DNA of 62,736 nt, the filler included, from Platydemus manokwari (lineage: Eukaryota): assembly GCA_037951405.1 (NCBI GenBank). It is 5 parts of 5 records of this genome, joined end to end, with 100 filler letters (N's around TTAATTAATTAA, not from the genome) between each part and the next. Parts side by side here need not be neighbours in the genome. Positions count along the whole stretch, not along the records: positions 11,900 to 29,835 come from JBBMOY010633323.1; positions 29,936 to 42,359 come from JBBMOY010141121.1; 3 more parts are not named here. One strand, given 5' to 3'. The notes below the pieces were generated by a model, which did no database searches, was not told the origin of the DNA, and worked only from the letters and a program-made list of their open reading frames with translations. This document shows positions 20,801-34,219 of this stretch, piece after piece; position 1 is the stretch's first letter; every line of letters starts with the position of its first letter. Position numbers and translations under genes: made by a program.

Positions 20801-22127
20801 ATTATCATCTTTATCTTCACCATATCAGAAGATCAAACCCCAACCGTCTCAGTCAATATCCTATCAAAGCTTACGACCCAAGTGGAAGGTCGTGGGCGTA
20901 TTTGTGGGCGAAAATTGGAATTTTAAACGTAGGAGAAAAAGATAAAGATTATGAATAATACAGCTGAAAAATAATTTAAAATTATTAATCTAGGCGGATT
21001 TGTAAAATAATTTTAATATCCAATAGGGAAAAAGTAAATAATTAACAAAAATTATTATTCAGAATCCATCCTAGAAAATACTATATCGTGAATGGCAAAA
21101 TCACAAATTTCACTCTTGCAATCAGAACCATTCCGATCTGATATCTAAACGACTATAAACGAGAATATCGAAGATAAACGTCTAAATAATTATCGAAAAG
21201 AAATTAAGGTGTGATATTTGAATATTTAGTTAAAGGGGATAAAAATAGTTGAAGGGCCCGCCTATATTATAAAATCTAAAGTAACATAAAATCATATATC
21301 AATGCATAGGAAGTTCGATATCTGAGCCTTCCCTTGTTGAACAATTTTCTTAATCTGTGAGTTGTAAAAAATCTGAAATTTTGTTTTATTGTATAAATAG
21401 ATTTTTTAGAACAATTTAAAGTTAAACGGATTTTATCATGTTTGTAGTGGAATTCTAAACTTTGATATTTGTAAATTGTTATACTAGAAAATTAATCTTA
21501 TTGGTATCATCTTTGTGTTTATTTAGTGTATTATTTGATTATAATCATAAGAGCACACACCTACCGGTAGTATCAAACTCACATATATATATAGACATAT
21601 TAAAAAAGACCACAACAGATACTTGAATGCTATCACCTCTTCGCTTAGTTCAAACGCACCCATTTTTATTATATTGTGTTTGGGGCTTGTTAGTTTTTAT
21701 TTTTATTATCAGTCTCAGAAAAAACTATTTTTATTCTTTGAAACTCAATGTTCTCTTGATCAGTCTCTATGAGTTCTAATCAAGTCCAAGATCCAATTAT
21801 AAACTTTATATTTTCTTTTTTCGCCTCGAGCACAATATTATATGATAATACGTGTGACAACAATGATCTTTTATATTTTAAACCTATCAGTCTCAATTTA
21901 TTTAACAACCCTTCCTATATAATTTATCATTAACACTTCAATCAGTAAACAGACAGCTTGTTTACTATTATAACAACGAAATTATAAAAATTACAAATAC
22001 AAATTGATTTTTGTAACTACTGCATACACTAAAACACTTAAATAACATGCCTTAACGAAGTTCTGGATGAGGATACCGTTTAAAAACCCCTACTCGTGGA
22101 GAAGTCTCAATTATCTAAGGAGGGTAT

Positions 22128-22311
22128 TGTGAGACAAAGCTCTATACTATGATAATACTGTAATACCGACCAGTATTTTAACAAATGATCTTACTCAGGT
22201 TGTATGTCGAATACATAGTCTAGTGGTTTCCAGAAATTCTTTGGGGTGAAAGTTATGGTGTTTTCACCCTCTATTTATAGTTTCTCACAAATGACCTCTT
22301 ATTGTCTCACA
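22128..22311 (-). mobile_element. 184-bp solo-LTR-like element with 10-bp terminal inverted repeats and 4-bp TSD
   Basis: TGTGAGACAA at 22128-22137 and TTGTCTCACA at 22302-22311, with GTAT on both flanks. TG...CA termini. Minus-strand TATA box (CTATAAATAG) at ~22271-22280. Confidence 0.75.
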
Positions 22312-22789
22312 GTATATTTTATTATGTTACATTAAAAGGTTGTTATGCAGGGATTTGGTTCTACTATATCTGTTTATTTGCTTTTCTCATAAAAATATTA
22401 TGAAATAATTATGATTTAATAATAATAGTTATTATTAATTCCCTAAATTACTAATATTATATCATTACATAACATTATATATTTTATATGTTTAAAACCG
22501 TTATTCGAATTATTCTGATTATTATTTTATTATTATTATTAATCCAAGAATTCGCTAAGGCAAAAATTATTTTATAAAAATTGTTTACCATCGATTGTTA
22601 CATTTCCACAATCGTTCATGCAATAACAATTGAAATGTTACTTTTACACAGTAATACGCTTTATTTTAAAAAATAGTATATTAAAGTTATCATACAGAAA
22701 AGATAAAAAAAATGTTAAACAGATAAAATTATTACACAAAATGATACACTAAAATGTTTCAATTGTGTTAATAATTGTTATTCATTGAC

Positions 22790-23474
22790 TATCAATGTTC
22801 AATCTTAAATACTACTTGGGAAGGCAAGAGACGTATGTCCTCATGCTTGCTCCTTTTAACCTCTACCTCTGATGTTTCTGAGGACTTCCTTTTGAGTAGC
22901 TTTCTCTTTACATTACTGGTTACCCATTATCGGCATTGTTTAAATTCTTCGGCATTGAAATTGAGGATGAGTTCTACAAAATATCTTTCTTCTTCTCCCT
23001 TTTAATGAACTGTTCGACATCAGTCCACAACTGGTCATACTCCATCTGCTCGTGGATCATTTGTCCATCCTCTTGTTGTTGAGCTTCCAACCACAACTCT
23101 ACTGCTGCAATGTCTCGGTACCCATGCCATTTTCTGTGCCAAATTGAGAATTATCATGAACAATCACTTTTCCCTTTTCTACATCTAGTTCTTCTTTCAA
23201 TTCCTAGAATTCTCTCATTCTGTTTCCCCAGAATTTGTCCCATTTATTCACTGAAATATCGCTCCTGTGCTGATTTTTTATTTCCAAACTCGTTTGGTAA
23301 ATCCGTTAATTGTTCATTCTGAGGAAAACTCTCTTTCAATTTACTTAGCTTTCTAATATTTTCATTGCGTATTTTTGTGTGAAGCCTTTTCTTTTCATCG
23401 TCCTCAACATAGTCTATCCATTTTTCACCTGCTGCCCTGTATATTTCGATAACAGCTTCGATTTTGTCCCTCAT
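22790..23474 (-). pseudogene. Disrupted charged/helical ORF of unknown origin, probably TE- or virus-derived
   Basis: About 230 codons of protein-like sequence (MRDKIEAVIEIYRAAGEKW...ELWLEAQQQEDGQMIHEQMEYDQLWTDVEQF...) broken by stops and at least one frameshift. Confidence 0.4.
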
Positions 23475-25729
23475 GATTTACTTTAAACATTTCGTTTTTC
23501 TCTAAAGATTATAACATATTCTCTATTCTTCCCTTCAAGTTCAACGTTTTAATCTCTCTATTGCGCTTATTTTTATATTCAGTATTCATAAAGACTATCT
23601 TAGACTCAATACCTTCCACAAATCGAGTAGTTAAATCACGCTAATATATGATGATAAAAACATATTTCAAAACCAAAGATATTACATTATTAAAAATTGA
23701 AATACGTTGATATAAGAAACCATATATGGATTATAAGTTACACTCAATCAGAGATTTTATTGGGATTTGAAAATGGGATAACTTGAAAAACCGTTAAAAA
23801 CTAAATTTCAGAAAAATGTCAACTTTTAAATATAAATCTACGAGATCTTTATCAGAAAAATAATTAAATCTTTATACACATAATTCTAATTAACGTTATC
23901 TACAAAAATGGTTTTTTAATTGAAGCTTAAATAATTTTCGATTATTTTGAATTCATTTTGAATTTATTGTAATGTGTATATAGAACATTTGAGAAATGAA
24001 AATTACTTGAATATCAAAACGTGACTAAAGATTCATGTTGTAACAAGTTTAATATTTTTATCAATGATAAATATTGGAAAGACCAGTAGGTTGAAAGATG
24101 TAATAAATTCATTTCTTTCAGAGTTATTGGCAGTGGTAATTTTTGGACGTGATATCTAGTACAGATGAATGGCAAAAGTATTTATTAGTAATCATAACAA
24201 AATTGGTGAGACTATAAATATTTTTGCAATTCACTGGACTTCAATCTTCAGAATATCATCTATTTCTGCAAAGCACTTATGTTTGTTTCAAAATAATTTA
24301 AAAATCCAGTTCCGTTTTTCATTTGCAACTTTTCTTTTAAATATTCGGACAAGAATCTAATCACATTTCGAAAATTTTGAAGGTTCGTTGATTTAATGTT
24401 TGCTAGCTATAATTAAAATGTTATTTTCATTCTCTTAGATTTAAAAACATTTTATTCAATAATATTTATTCAATAATTAATCATTCTAAAATTAAAGGTA
24501 AAAGTTAATGAGTTTATAGAGTACTGTATCGTGATTTGTACGTCAGGAGTTCGTATATTTATAATTTATTTATTTTCTTGACCTTTCATTGTCGGATTTA
24601 AAAACCTTCCGTTGTGCGTTTCATTTTCATTGTTTTTGTAAATATATAATTATGCCTATAGCTTTTGAAGCGCTTCATTTTGGAAACTACATATAATCGT
24701 ATGCCTAATAAATTGTATGTTCCATTATCCAGTTATAATATCCAACTTTTACTTGAATACATAAGTTAGGCATATTCACTAACGTACAATTAACAAATAT
24801 TATTTCCAAACATTTTCACTCGGTACCTTTCAATCAACAATGGAAAATCTATTAATGTTGTGTATCTATTTTCAATTCGTTCGTTTTTAATTCATTTTAT
24901 CCCTGGTGCAAAAACAAAAATTAAAATTAAAGTGAATCAAAAAATTATTTGAAGATTCCCTATTAAACTCCAATGAAAACTAATGTGATCAAAGAATATT
25001 CAGAAATTTTAAAATGTATTTGGGATTTTAAGCATATGAAGCGAATATTACGGGAAAATTAAACGTGATAATTCCACATTTATAAAAAATTATTCCACTG
25101 TAAAAAGATTTAATTTCCAATATTATTGAGCATAAATAATTTTATTTATCATTACAAAATATTTTCTTTCTTTAAAAAGCAGCTAAACATTGGTAGATTT
25201 GCATATCATCTGACAATCTTTATATAAATGGCACTTGGTCAAAAGTAAGTTGGCCAACTCAAACCAAGAAGGCTGACAACCTTATGCTGCAGAGACAGAT
25301 TCTATCAAAATTCGTAGAATCGAAATGACATTTATCCGTTAATAAAGATACTGTAAAATTGTCAAATATAGAATGTACGAGAATATAAATTTAAATAAAT
25401 TGCTGAATATACATATAGATAGAGTATATTATATACTGTTACATTATATGATAAATAAGATACATATAGTTATTAATAAATATTATAAATTTTACAAATA
25501 TAGTGGGTGACAAATAGATTTCATTAAAATTCATTAGTAAATATTGTTGGATCTCCTTAACAATTAACTAATCTCTGACTCAAAAAATTGAAGGCTAAAA
25601 TTGTATTTCGATCGCGTACTGGTCAGTACGACTTACACGTAATAAGATTAGACACGCTTAACAAAATATCAACCAAGATCCTGGCTTCCTACTAGCAGTT
25701 GGTCAAATTTACATCGATATTTATATTCG

Positions 25730-25930
25730 AGATTTGTGTGCAATTTTTTTGTGTCATGTATCATCGATCCTTCCTTTTATAGGGTTTTTAAGTTTTTGCA
25801 TGAGTGGGGTTGGTCAATTCCTATGTGTGTATTGCTGTGTGACTTTGCCCCTTTTTTCATTTGTAGTTTACCATCTAACTCCACTGTGATTGGTTGGTTG
25901 CTATACCTGTATGGTTGTGTTGGCATGTAA
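25730..25930 (-). mobile_element. Possible Merlin/IS1016-like transposase remnant
   Basis: ITVELDGKLQMKK and KEGSMIH loosely resemble the VEIDES..K and PGSIIHTD motifs of Merlin/ISXO2-like DDE transposases. Heavily degraded. Confidence 0.25.
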
Positions 25931-28900
25931 ATATTTAAAGTGCTTAAGCGAGAGTTCAAAGGTGCAAATCCGTTTTTCTTTTTTCAGATTTTTATTCCAC
26001 TCAACAATAGGATTAATTCACGCTGTCATGGAATTCGAAACTAAATTGCTAAAGAAAATGTAAAATGAATTATAACGCCTACAAACACCTACAATCTGAA
26101 ACAGTATAAAAGGAAAAGCAATCAGCAGTAATTTGCACAAAAATTATTCTCATATTGTGAGTCTACAAGATTTCAATTTATATATTTTAATATATCAGTG
26201 GGCCATTGTACTCAACCAGAATCAGTTTCATTTTACGAAGTCATTATTTAGTTTGGAATCGTCAGTATTTCAATTTTCATTACAATAGTAAATTTTATTA
26301 TTCATATAGTTATTTTTTTCTCATCAATCTCGGAGATCGTTTCATAATACTAATCCTGTCCTCCATAATTCTAATTAAAATTTGTTGGATCTTAAATCAT
26401 ATACTTCTTTAGTTGCATATCGAAGTAGGAGGCCACTAATTACCCTTCATCGATTTTTCACTCTTGAAGTCACAACACATCTTCTTTAAAAATCATGCAT
26501 TACACAACTGTTAATTATTATAATGATCAATAAAAGTATTTTATTGCTCATTGTTATTTTTTATATTAGTAGCAAGCATATAATCATTTTTTCGTTGTCA
26601 AATCCTTTGCGGAAACATCTATATATGAGAAAACACCTAACTATATACAATTGATTAATGGTTTGAATAATCGTCTATTAAATCAAAATCTATTAAAATC
26701 ACTTAATTGAATTCCATCAAAATATTCAATGAAAAATCCCTTCTAGAAAACCATAACCATAAACCAATTCTAAATAGCCATTGACTTACGTCTCTGAGAT
26801 GTAATTACTTTATTCAGACCTCACACTCTACTTAGTCATTAAAAATTCACTTTTCTTCTGGCAGACTTGAAAAGATCTAGCTTGTATTAACTTTTTATCA
26901 CCAAAACACCCAAATCTTCAAAATCTTGGACCAGACAAATCTTTCTTCTTTTCAGCTGAAAACCGTGCCAAAATTTGCAAAATCTTATGTGTCTCGGACC
27001 AATTGAATTTCTTTTACTATTCAAATACCTTCTCCTTCTGAACTCCTTATTTATCTTTGCTAAAATAGGCAAATAGCAACTGTGCTGATAACAACAGATA
27101 CTGAAACCATAGCTCGCATTTTTATCCAAAGCCTAGGTATAATATCTTTGCTGTCTTTCGAAGTACAGTTGTAAAATATTCTCTGCTTTCCCTATGAAAT
27201 CACAGGAATGTGATATTATTATTAGGAACAAATCATCATTTATCTCAAAGTTCGTTACAACCATGAAAAGAACTTCAAAAATCCCAGCTCCTGAATGACT
27301 ATTTCAAAGCATGCCTTTGACATACATTTATAATTCTTAGAACCACTATTTAAAATACCTCTAGAACAAACAATCAACGATCCTATTCTCTCATAGGACC
27401 ACAACAGGCTTCTGAAAATTTAAGACATTCTCTACCGAAAAATCTTTATCAGCGAATTTCAATTCCTTACGATACTGAAAGATATTAAATCTCTTCCCGA
27501 ACAGGTATTTCAATTACAAAAATCAAACATACTAAGTCGGTCTGACATGGTTCATTCCCATCGGATCGTGAAGATTTTATATTTAGTTGAAATAAATATT
27601 TATTTACGGAAGATTGTAATTTGTAAAAATATATGGCAACATACACGATGATTAATCAATCCCATAATCTTGAAAATTATAATTCATAATAAAGATTGAT
27701 CACAAGCAATACACTCAAACTGTTGAGTCTAAATTTAGTGGAAAATATGGCTTATTGACTACTGAAAAAAGTTGGAGATAGTGAAATACTTTTGATTATG
27801 CCTACTTAAACACTGAGCAGCTTTATTTAGATTCAATAAACGTTTTGATCGAAACTTTGATTTTAAATTTCATTAATATTTCATATTTCTTTTAAAACCT
27901 ACCGAAGATAAAAATTAAAATTTTAAAAATACTTTTAAATACTGTTTCATTTATTTTTAAGTGATTGTCTGTAATTATTTTCAACACAAAATTTAAGTGA
28001 AATAACATATAACATACCAAATGTATTATAAAACAACTACGTTTTTATTAATCAACGTAGCTTTTTTATGTCAAACATAAAAATTTTAAAATATTAAAAT
28101 GTTATATCAAAATAAATAGTAGTCTTTAATCTTAATAAATTTTAAAACTAATATTTTTTAAATTATTACATTTTAAAATATACATTACATTTAGATAAAA
28201 CTGAAATATTTAGCAGGCGAATGAAATACAAGTGAATGACCTAATCTGCATTTTTTTATTCCAAGTTTTGTTTAAATTACTACCAACGTGTTATGATTTC
28301 AAAATAATCTTGGTTTTCTAAATGGTCTTTAGATGTTTGTTTTCAATGAAATGCACTATGGATACATTAACTAGGTATAAAAACACAATTGGGATACAGT
28401 GATGGTTTTAAAATTTTTGTTTTCACTTGGTTCTAAGACAAACAAAATTTTCTATTACTTATGCTAACAAAAAACTAATAGAAACATGTTAACTAAACAT
28501 ACAAAATGTATCGGATTTATAGTCTTGATAATCTCTAGGCAGGATAATCTTTGTTGTGAGACCGTGTGTACTTACACAGTTATCAGTCATGAGTTATTTA
28601 TATTTTATTATTTTCACGTTTAACAATCACGTGTTGTTTAAAGAATATGAACTTTTGTATACTTGTGTATCAAATGTGATTCATTGAGACAAGGGGAATA
28701 TTTGGTTTCTCTCCGATTTATACATAGGTTTACACCTTGGATCACACCTTACTACGGCTACATACTGATGGATATTATGTTATTTGTGGTGGTTGAGATT
28801 TGGTGAAATGTTATTGAGTTAGTTAATGATTTGGCGCTTTGATCTAAAGGTACTGACTCTATGGGGGCTTCAACACCTGGTATTGAGGACCAAGATGTCG

Positions 28901-29260
28901 GCAGTTGAGTTTGATATATTTAATCGAAGCACAGAGATTCTGTTGACTCTCTGGGCCTAAACGGAATGATATTAATTTTAGTGATCGCAGTTATGATTTA
29001 TAATTAATGAAAATACTTTAAGTTATCAAAGGTTTATTTACTAAGAAACAATTGGCAATTAATGAATCAAAAATGATAACAAAGATTGTGCTAATGTCCC
29101 GTACCTCGCCTCAGCGATTATCGAGAATCCAGTGTCGGATGGAAGATAAAAAACAATGAGAATAGTTCAGTTATCAATTAGTTAGTTTAGTTAATAATTA
29201 GTGAGCTTATTAATTAATGGTTATGAAAATTGTGAATTACTATGAAAATTTATTCTTACT

Positions 29261-29430
29261 ACTTTCAGCTCCTGGAAAATATGAAAATAATTTCCGAGTA
29301 CTAATTCCGAGTAGTGATTCCGAATAATAATTCCGAGTAATAACTTTCAGCTCCTGGCAAATATGAAAATAATTTCCGAGTACTAATTCCGAGTAGTAAT
29401 TCCGAATAATAATTCCGAGTAATAATTCCG
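29261..29430. repeat. Two 82-bp tandem units built from ~12-bp AATTCCGAGTA subunits
   Basis: ACTTTCAGCTCCTGG(A/C)AAATATGAAAATAATTTCCGAGTACTAATTCCGAGTAG... starts at 29261 and again at 29343. Confidence 0.9.
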
Positions 29431-29835
29431 CGTAGCTGTTCTTTAAGAATTTCACTTGATCGTCGCTTCTGATTTACTGGAACTATATGACAATTAAAAT
29501 CTCTCGTCCTATGATTTTAAATTTTACTCCACCTTCGATACGCTGTAATGTCACCTTGTTTATTTGTAGTCTGATAATTCTGCGATCACTTTTCACAGTA
29601 ATTTAGCGCTCAACTGTTTTGGTGGGTGGTGATACCACGATCAGCGTTATTATTTATACTTGCTGATCGCGTCCACCCACCTATGCGGCTCTTCATGCCG
29701 ATGATTTTTAATGAATTTTTTTCACACGCTTTGTGAATAATTAATTGCTTTTTTGCATTTTTTTCTCACGTTTTTGTGTGAATGATACTTATTCTATTTT
29801 GTTAACTATCTTTCTTTATCTGGTTTTTTATTATT

Positions 29836-29935
29836 NNNNNNNNNNNNNNNNNNNNNNNNNNNNNNNNNNNNNNNNNNNNTTAATTAATTAANNNNNNNNN
29901 NNNNNNNNNNNNNNNNNNNNNNNNNNNNNNNNNNN
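29836..29935. other. Artificial scaffolding spacer N44-TTAATTAATTAA-N44
   Basis: Same 100-bp spacer. Confidence 0.97.
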
Positions 29936-30001
29936 TAATGTATGCAAAATCTGTGATGGTTTTTTCCTCTAACTTTCTTAAAATAAATTTTCAAACAAGT
30001 A

Positions 30002-30002
<1 letters not shown>

Positions 30003-30061
<59 letters not shown>
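30003..30061. repeat. (AAT)n microsatellite
   Basis: Pure AAT run. Confidence 0.95.
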
Positions 30062-30522
30062 TGTCAATTGTGGAATGAACTCGCTTAATATTATCTTAAT
30101 CGAAAGTTGATTCACCTGTAGTGTATTTATTTTTTATATTTATAAATGTTTTCAGAGATTTATCGCTAAAAATTTTAAATCAATTTTAAATTTTTTCAAT
30201 GAATTGTTATAAAAACTATATTGCGTAATATTTGGAACATTTGTTGACAATTTCATAAAATACCGTTAAAGCTAAACTGAGTTAAATTTTGGTTCAACTG
30301 TTTTTCACTGGTCGACGGCAATTACTGACAGGTTAATTCGTTTATGTCAATAATCGACTCATATCAGCATATTTTTTACTGGAATGGATGAAGCGATATT
30401 TATCTTGATTCGACTGTTTATCTAATATAATCGAAACTAAATTCTCCCCAGAAAATCTAAACATTATTTCAGTATAAACATTCTATTGACACAAAATATT
30501 TTAATGGAGTGCTTTCATTTAG

Positions 30523-33500
30523 ACAGGAATTATCATTCACACCGATATCACAATGAAGGATTTAATGAATCAAATCATTTCATTTCTCAAATTATTTGAT
30601 CCATCATTGGCCCAAACCATCCAAGCTTCGTTGGATTCCAAGGTTGGTCATTGTTCGATATTTTGGTGAATAATTATCATGACAATTTGTTTTTGTTGTT
30701 CTCATCAGAACCAAAACATGGAAGTAGCACCATTAGATCAGAATCCAGAAATGGCCAATACAATGAGTGGAATGATCACGGATGATGATACAACCATTCT
30801 CTTTGCTAGTGCTGGAATAAAAAATTCCGATTTCGAAAATTTCCACAACACTCTCATTGGTCAATTTCTGTTGAATGGAGAACAAAAAAGCGTCATGCCA
30901 TTTATGAAACAATCACAACCTGCTCATTCAAGCGCTTTCCGGTACTTGATTCATTTCAATTTCTAATGTCTATGATAGCGCATTTAATTTCTAATCATTT
31001 GGAATATTTTTGAGGTCTTTTACGTATAAATGTTCATCTTGATCTTTATTGGGTTTCGATAGAGTTTGCGGAATTTCTTCTTAAATCGATAAAGAACTAT
31101 TTTATTCAATTCCTGTATCAGTTGAATAGAGCTAAATTTTTTGTCTTGTTCCTAATGGATACAGTATAGCGTGAACGTATTCGGTATTTTAGAAAAATAA
31201 TATTTATAATAATATTTACCGATAGATATCGAAATGATCGTCGATATGTTAATAAGAATTATTTCATTATTTTTATTAAGCGAAAATTGGTGTCAGTTGT
31301 TGTGTTTGATTAAATTGTGGATATTTTGTGTTTAGAATGAAAATTTTAAAATTCATTTAAAGTGTTTATGGGAAAACATGCACTGCAATCATAACATAAT
31401 CACGTGGACCAGATTAGGAGTCTGGAATTTCAATGATGGTTCCTCTTACCAAGTCAAAATATGGAATCGTAATCGTTTCATAAAGTAGAGGATAAAAAAT
31501 GTAGATCAGATCCTTCATGAAATTATAGAATAGTTACGTCATTGTTCATGAATATTGATCCTGAACTGAATTGGAATCTGGTGTCTTACAATAGCAGATT
31601 TTTAATTTGATATATGACATAAATATGGATTACGCAATTGATGATTTATCAGTTCTCAATTGCAAACAATTTGTTGGAGATGATGATTTTTTTCAGATTC
31701 ATATTACAACACAATTAATATAAAACTGTAAGAGTAAATCACCATTATACCGAGCGATTATTTCCATCTCTAAAACTATAATAAAACAACATTAAGAACA
31801 AACTAAATGTATTGAGTTTTTTTTCTTCTTTGAGATACCTGTAAACAGAGGTTTGTGAAGTCATACACACTCGTACAATTTCTCGTTGATTTGTGCCATC
31901 ATTCTCTTTTACAAAATTTACCACCTTTTCCTTCACGATTTCATGAGACGGTCTTCTTAATTGCAACCTAGTTGATAAGTTTTCAGTTTCATCAAGCCTC
32001 TGTTTCCAGTATTGCACTGTTGTCCTAACTGGTGATACACGATTGAAATGTTGTTGAAGTTCTTTGCAAGCTTTGGCTCTACTCTGGTACACTAATGCAT
32101 AGCTAACTATAAACACTATTCGCAATCGAAAATTTAACATCACCAGTTGCTTCCGCCATATTGTAATAATGCAACTGATTTATAAGAAATAAGAAAAAGT
32201 GCATTAATCAGTGAATCAATTAATATCAATGAGTATAAATATGTGAGTATAAATTATATTGTGTTTTGTTGTTTTATTTTAGTTTTAGAGATGGAGATTT
32301 ATGAATCACTTGGTATTATTATAAGATCTAAAATATTATATAGATTAATATCATTGATTGTGATTTGTATATGCTTTGTCCATAAATATATTCCAATATT
32401 CATTCCATAATTGTTCATATCCGTGAAAAAATCAATATCTTTCATTTTACTGGTATCGTTTATTGGTCTAAATTAATGCTGATAAATCTGCATGATCAAT
32501 AAATTAGATAGATATCAGATTCAAGCATCATTTATTTCATAAATCGAAAATCTCAAATACTCACATTAAAAATCAATAAAAGTTAATTTTTTTCTTTGTC
32601 AAATGTTTGGATATCATCATCATTAAATATAGATTTATTTCATTTAGCTAGAATCATCCCAAGAAGATCGAATAAAATATTGATTTCAATGCTATCAACA
32701 ACAAATGTAATAGAAATGAATAGTGCTAGTTTTGTTATAAAAGTTTTGATGGCATGGTTTTGATGGCAAATTTTATTGACAAACTATTTTTATTCTAAGA
32801 TAAATAAATTATATATAATCATTATATTCATAATAATTGAACTATCTATAAATAATTCATAAAACTCTAAAAAAATGATGGCGTATTATGGGTTACCATA
32901 ACGACAAATATCATCTTAAATGTAAAGTTAAACAAGAGTTATATTTAATTGTAGAAGATCTTAAATTGATACTGATATAATCCAGAAATCACAATAAGCT
33001 ATTGAACCGAAGAGAGAAAATTAATCGATATTATCCTGTGAATTTTATAAGAAACCAATTTTTACATCATAACATCAGTGTGAATTACTATTTGATTTTC
33101 AGTGAACTTATTCACAAAACAGCAGAAGCACTTGTCCATGATACTCAATCTTTGGTGCAAAACAGCGGTGAAAAACAGAAAACTTTGGCCACCAATACAG
33201 AATCAGTAGTTTTGACGATTTCCAATTTTGCTGATGAATGTGAAAACGGCATTATGAATGAGCCCAGAAAACGTTCGGAGGTAAATAGTTGTGAAATTGT
33301 GTGATGTTTATCTATGTGGATGGCATGATAATTGTTGTGAAGGCTTATCTTTTCTTTGCATAGTCAGAATCATGGCAATCGATATTGTGTAGAGAAAGAA
33401 ATTTGTAGCGTTGAAATATGTAAAGCATTATGTTTCTTGTAATGTTTTACTGTGGTTGTCATGATAACGTGTGTTCCAGATCATTTATATTGAATCTTAT

Positions 33501-34082
33501 TGTTTTCTAATCCATCGTTCCTAAACATTTCATTACAGAACGGTTAATTATAAATCTAATCAGGCTCTAAATAATAAATATGAGTAGTGTGAAATATAAT
33601 TCGTTTTATTGCTACGTGAATTTTCTAAAAATATCTCTCATCTTCCAAACAGGATATGGTTTTATTGTAGAATAAAATGTTTAATGTTAAAGTATGTCTC
33701 AGAGTTCTGTTTCAGATCTTCTTCCTCATTTAATGAAATATTATTAATAATTATCTTTATTCGTTTAGCATTTTATAAAAAGGAAATTCTTATTTCTCAA
33801 TCACATTTAGGCTTTTAAGTTAGAAAAAAGGTTTATTTCATTGTAAATAATTCGAATGATTATGATGATGTCATTGATGATGTCATTGATGATATTGAAA
33901 ATATCGATAATAAAAATTTCTTTTCAGGCTAAAATGATGAACAAGATTGAAAGTGTTAGATCTGCTTTGGATAAAACATATACTGATGGAAGCACAGAAA
34001 TTTCGAGAGTAAATATTTTGGATTTGTTTAATTTTCTAGTAAAAATATTGATGAATAATATTGATTTATAATAATAGTAGTT

Positions 34083-34118
<36 letters not shown>

Positions 34119-34181
34119 GTAATTATAATTATAATATTAGTAAAAATAATAATAATAGTGATAATAGTAATAATAATAATC

Positions 34182-34219
<38 letters not shown>

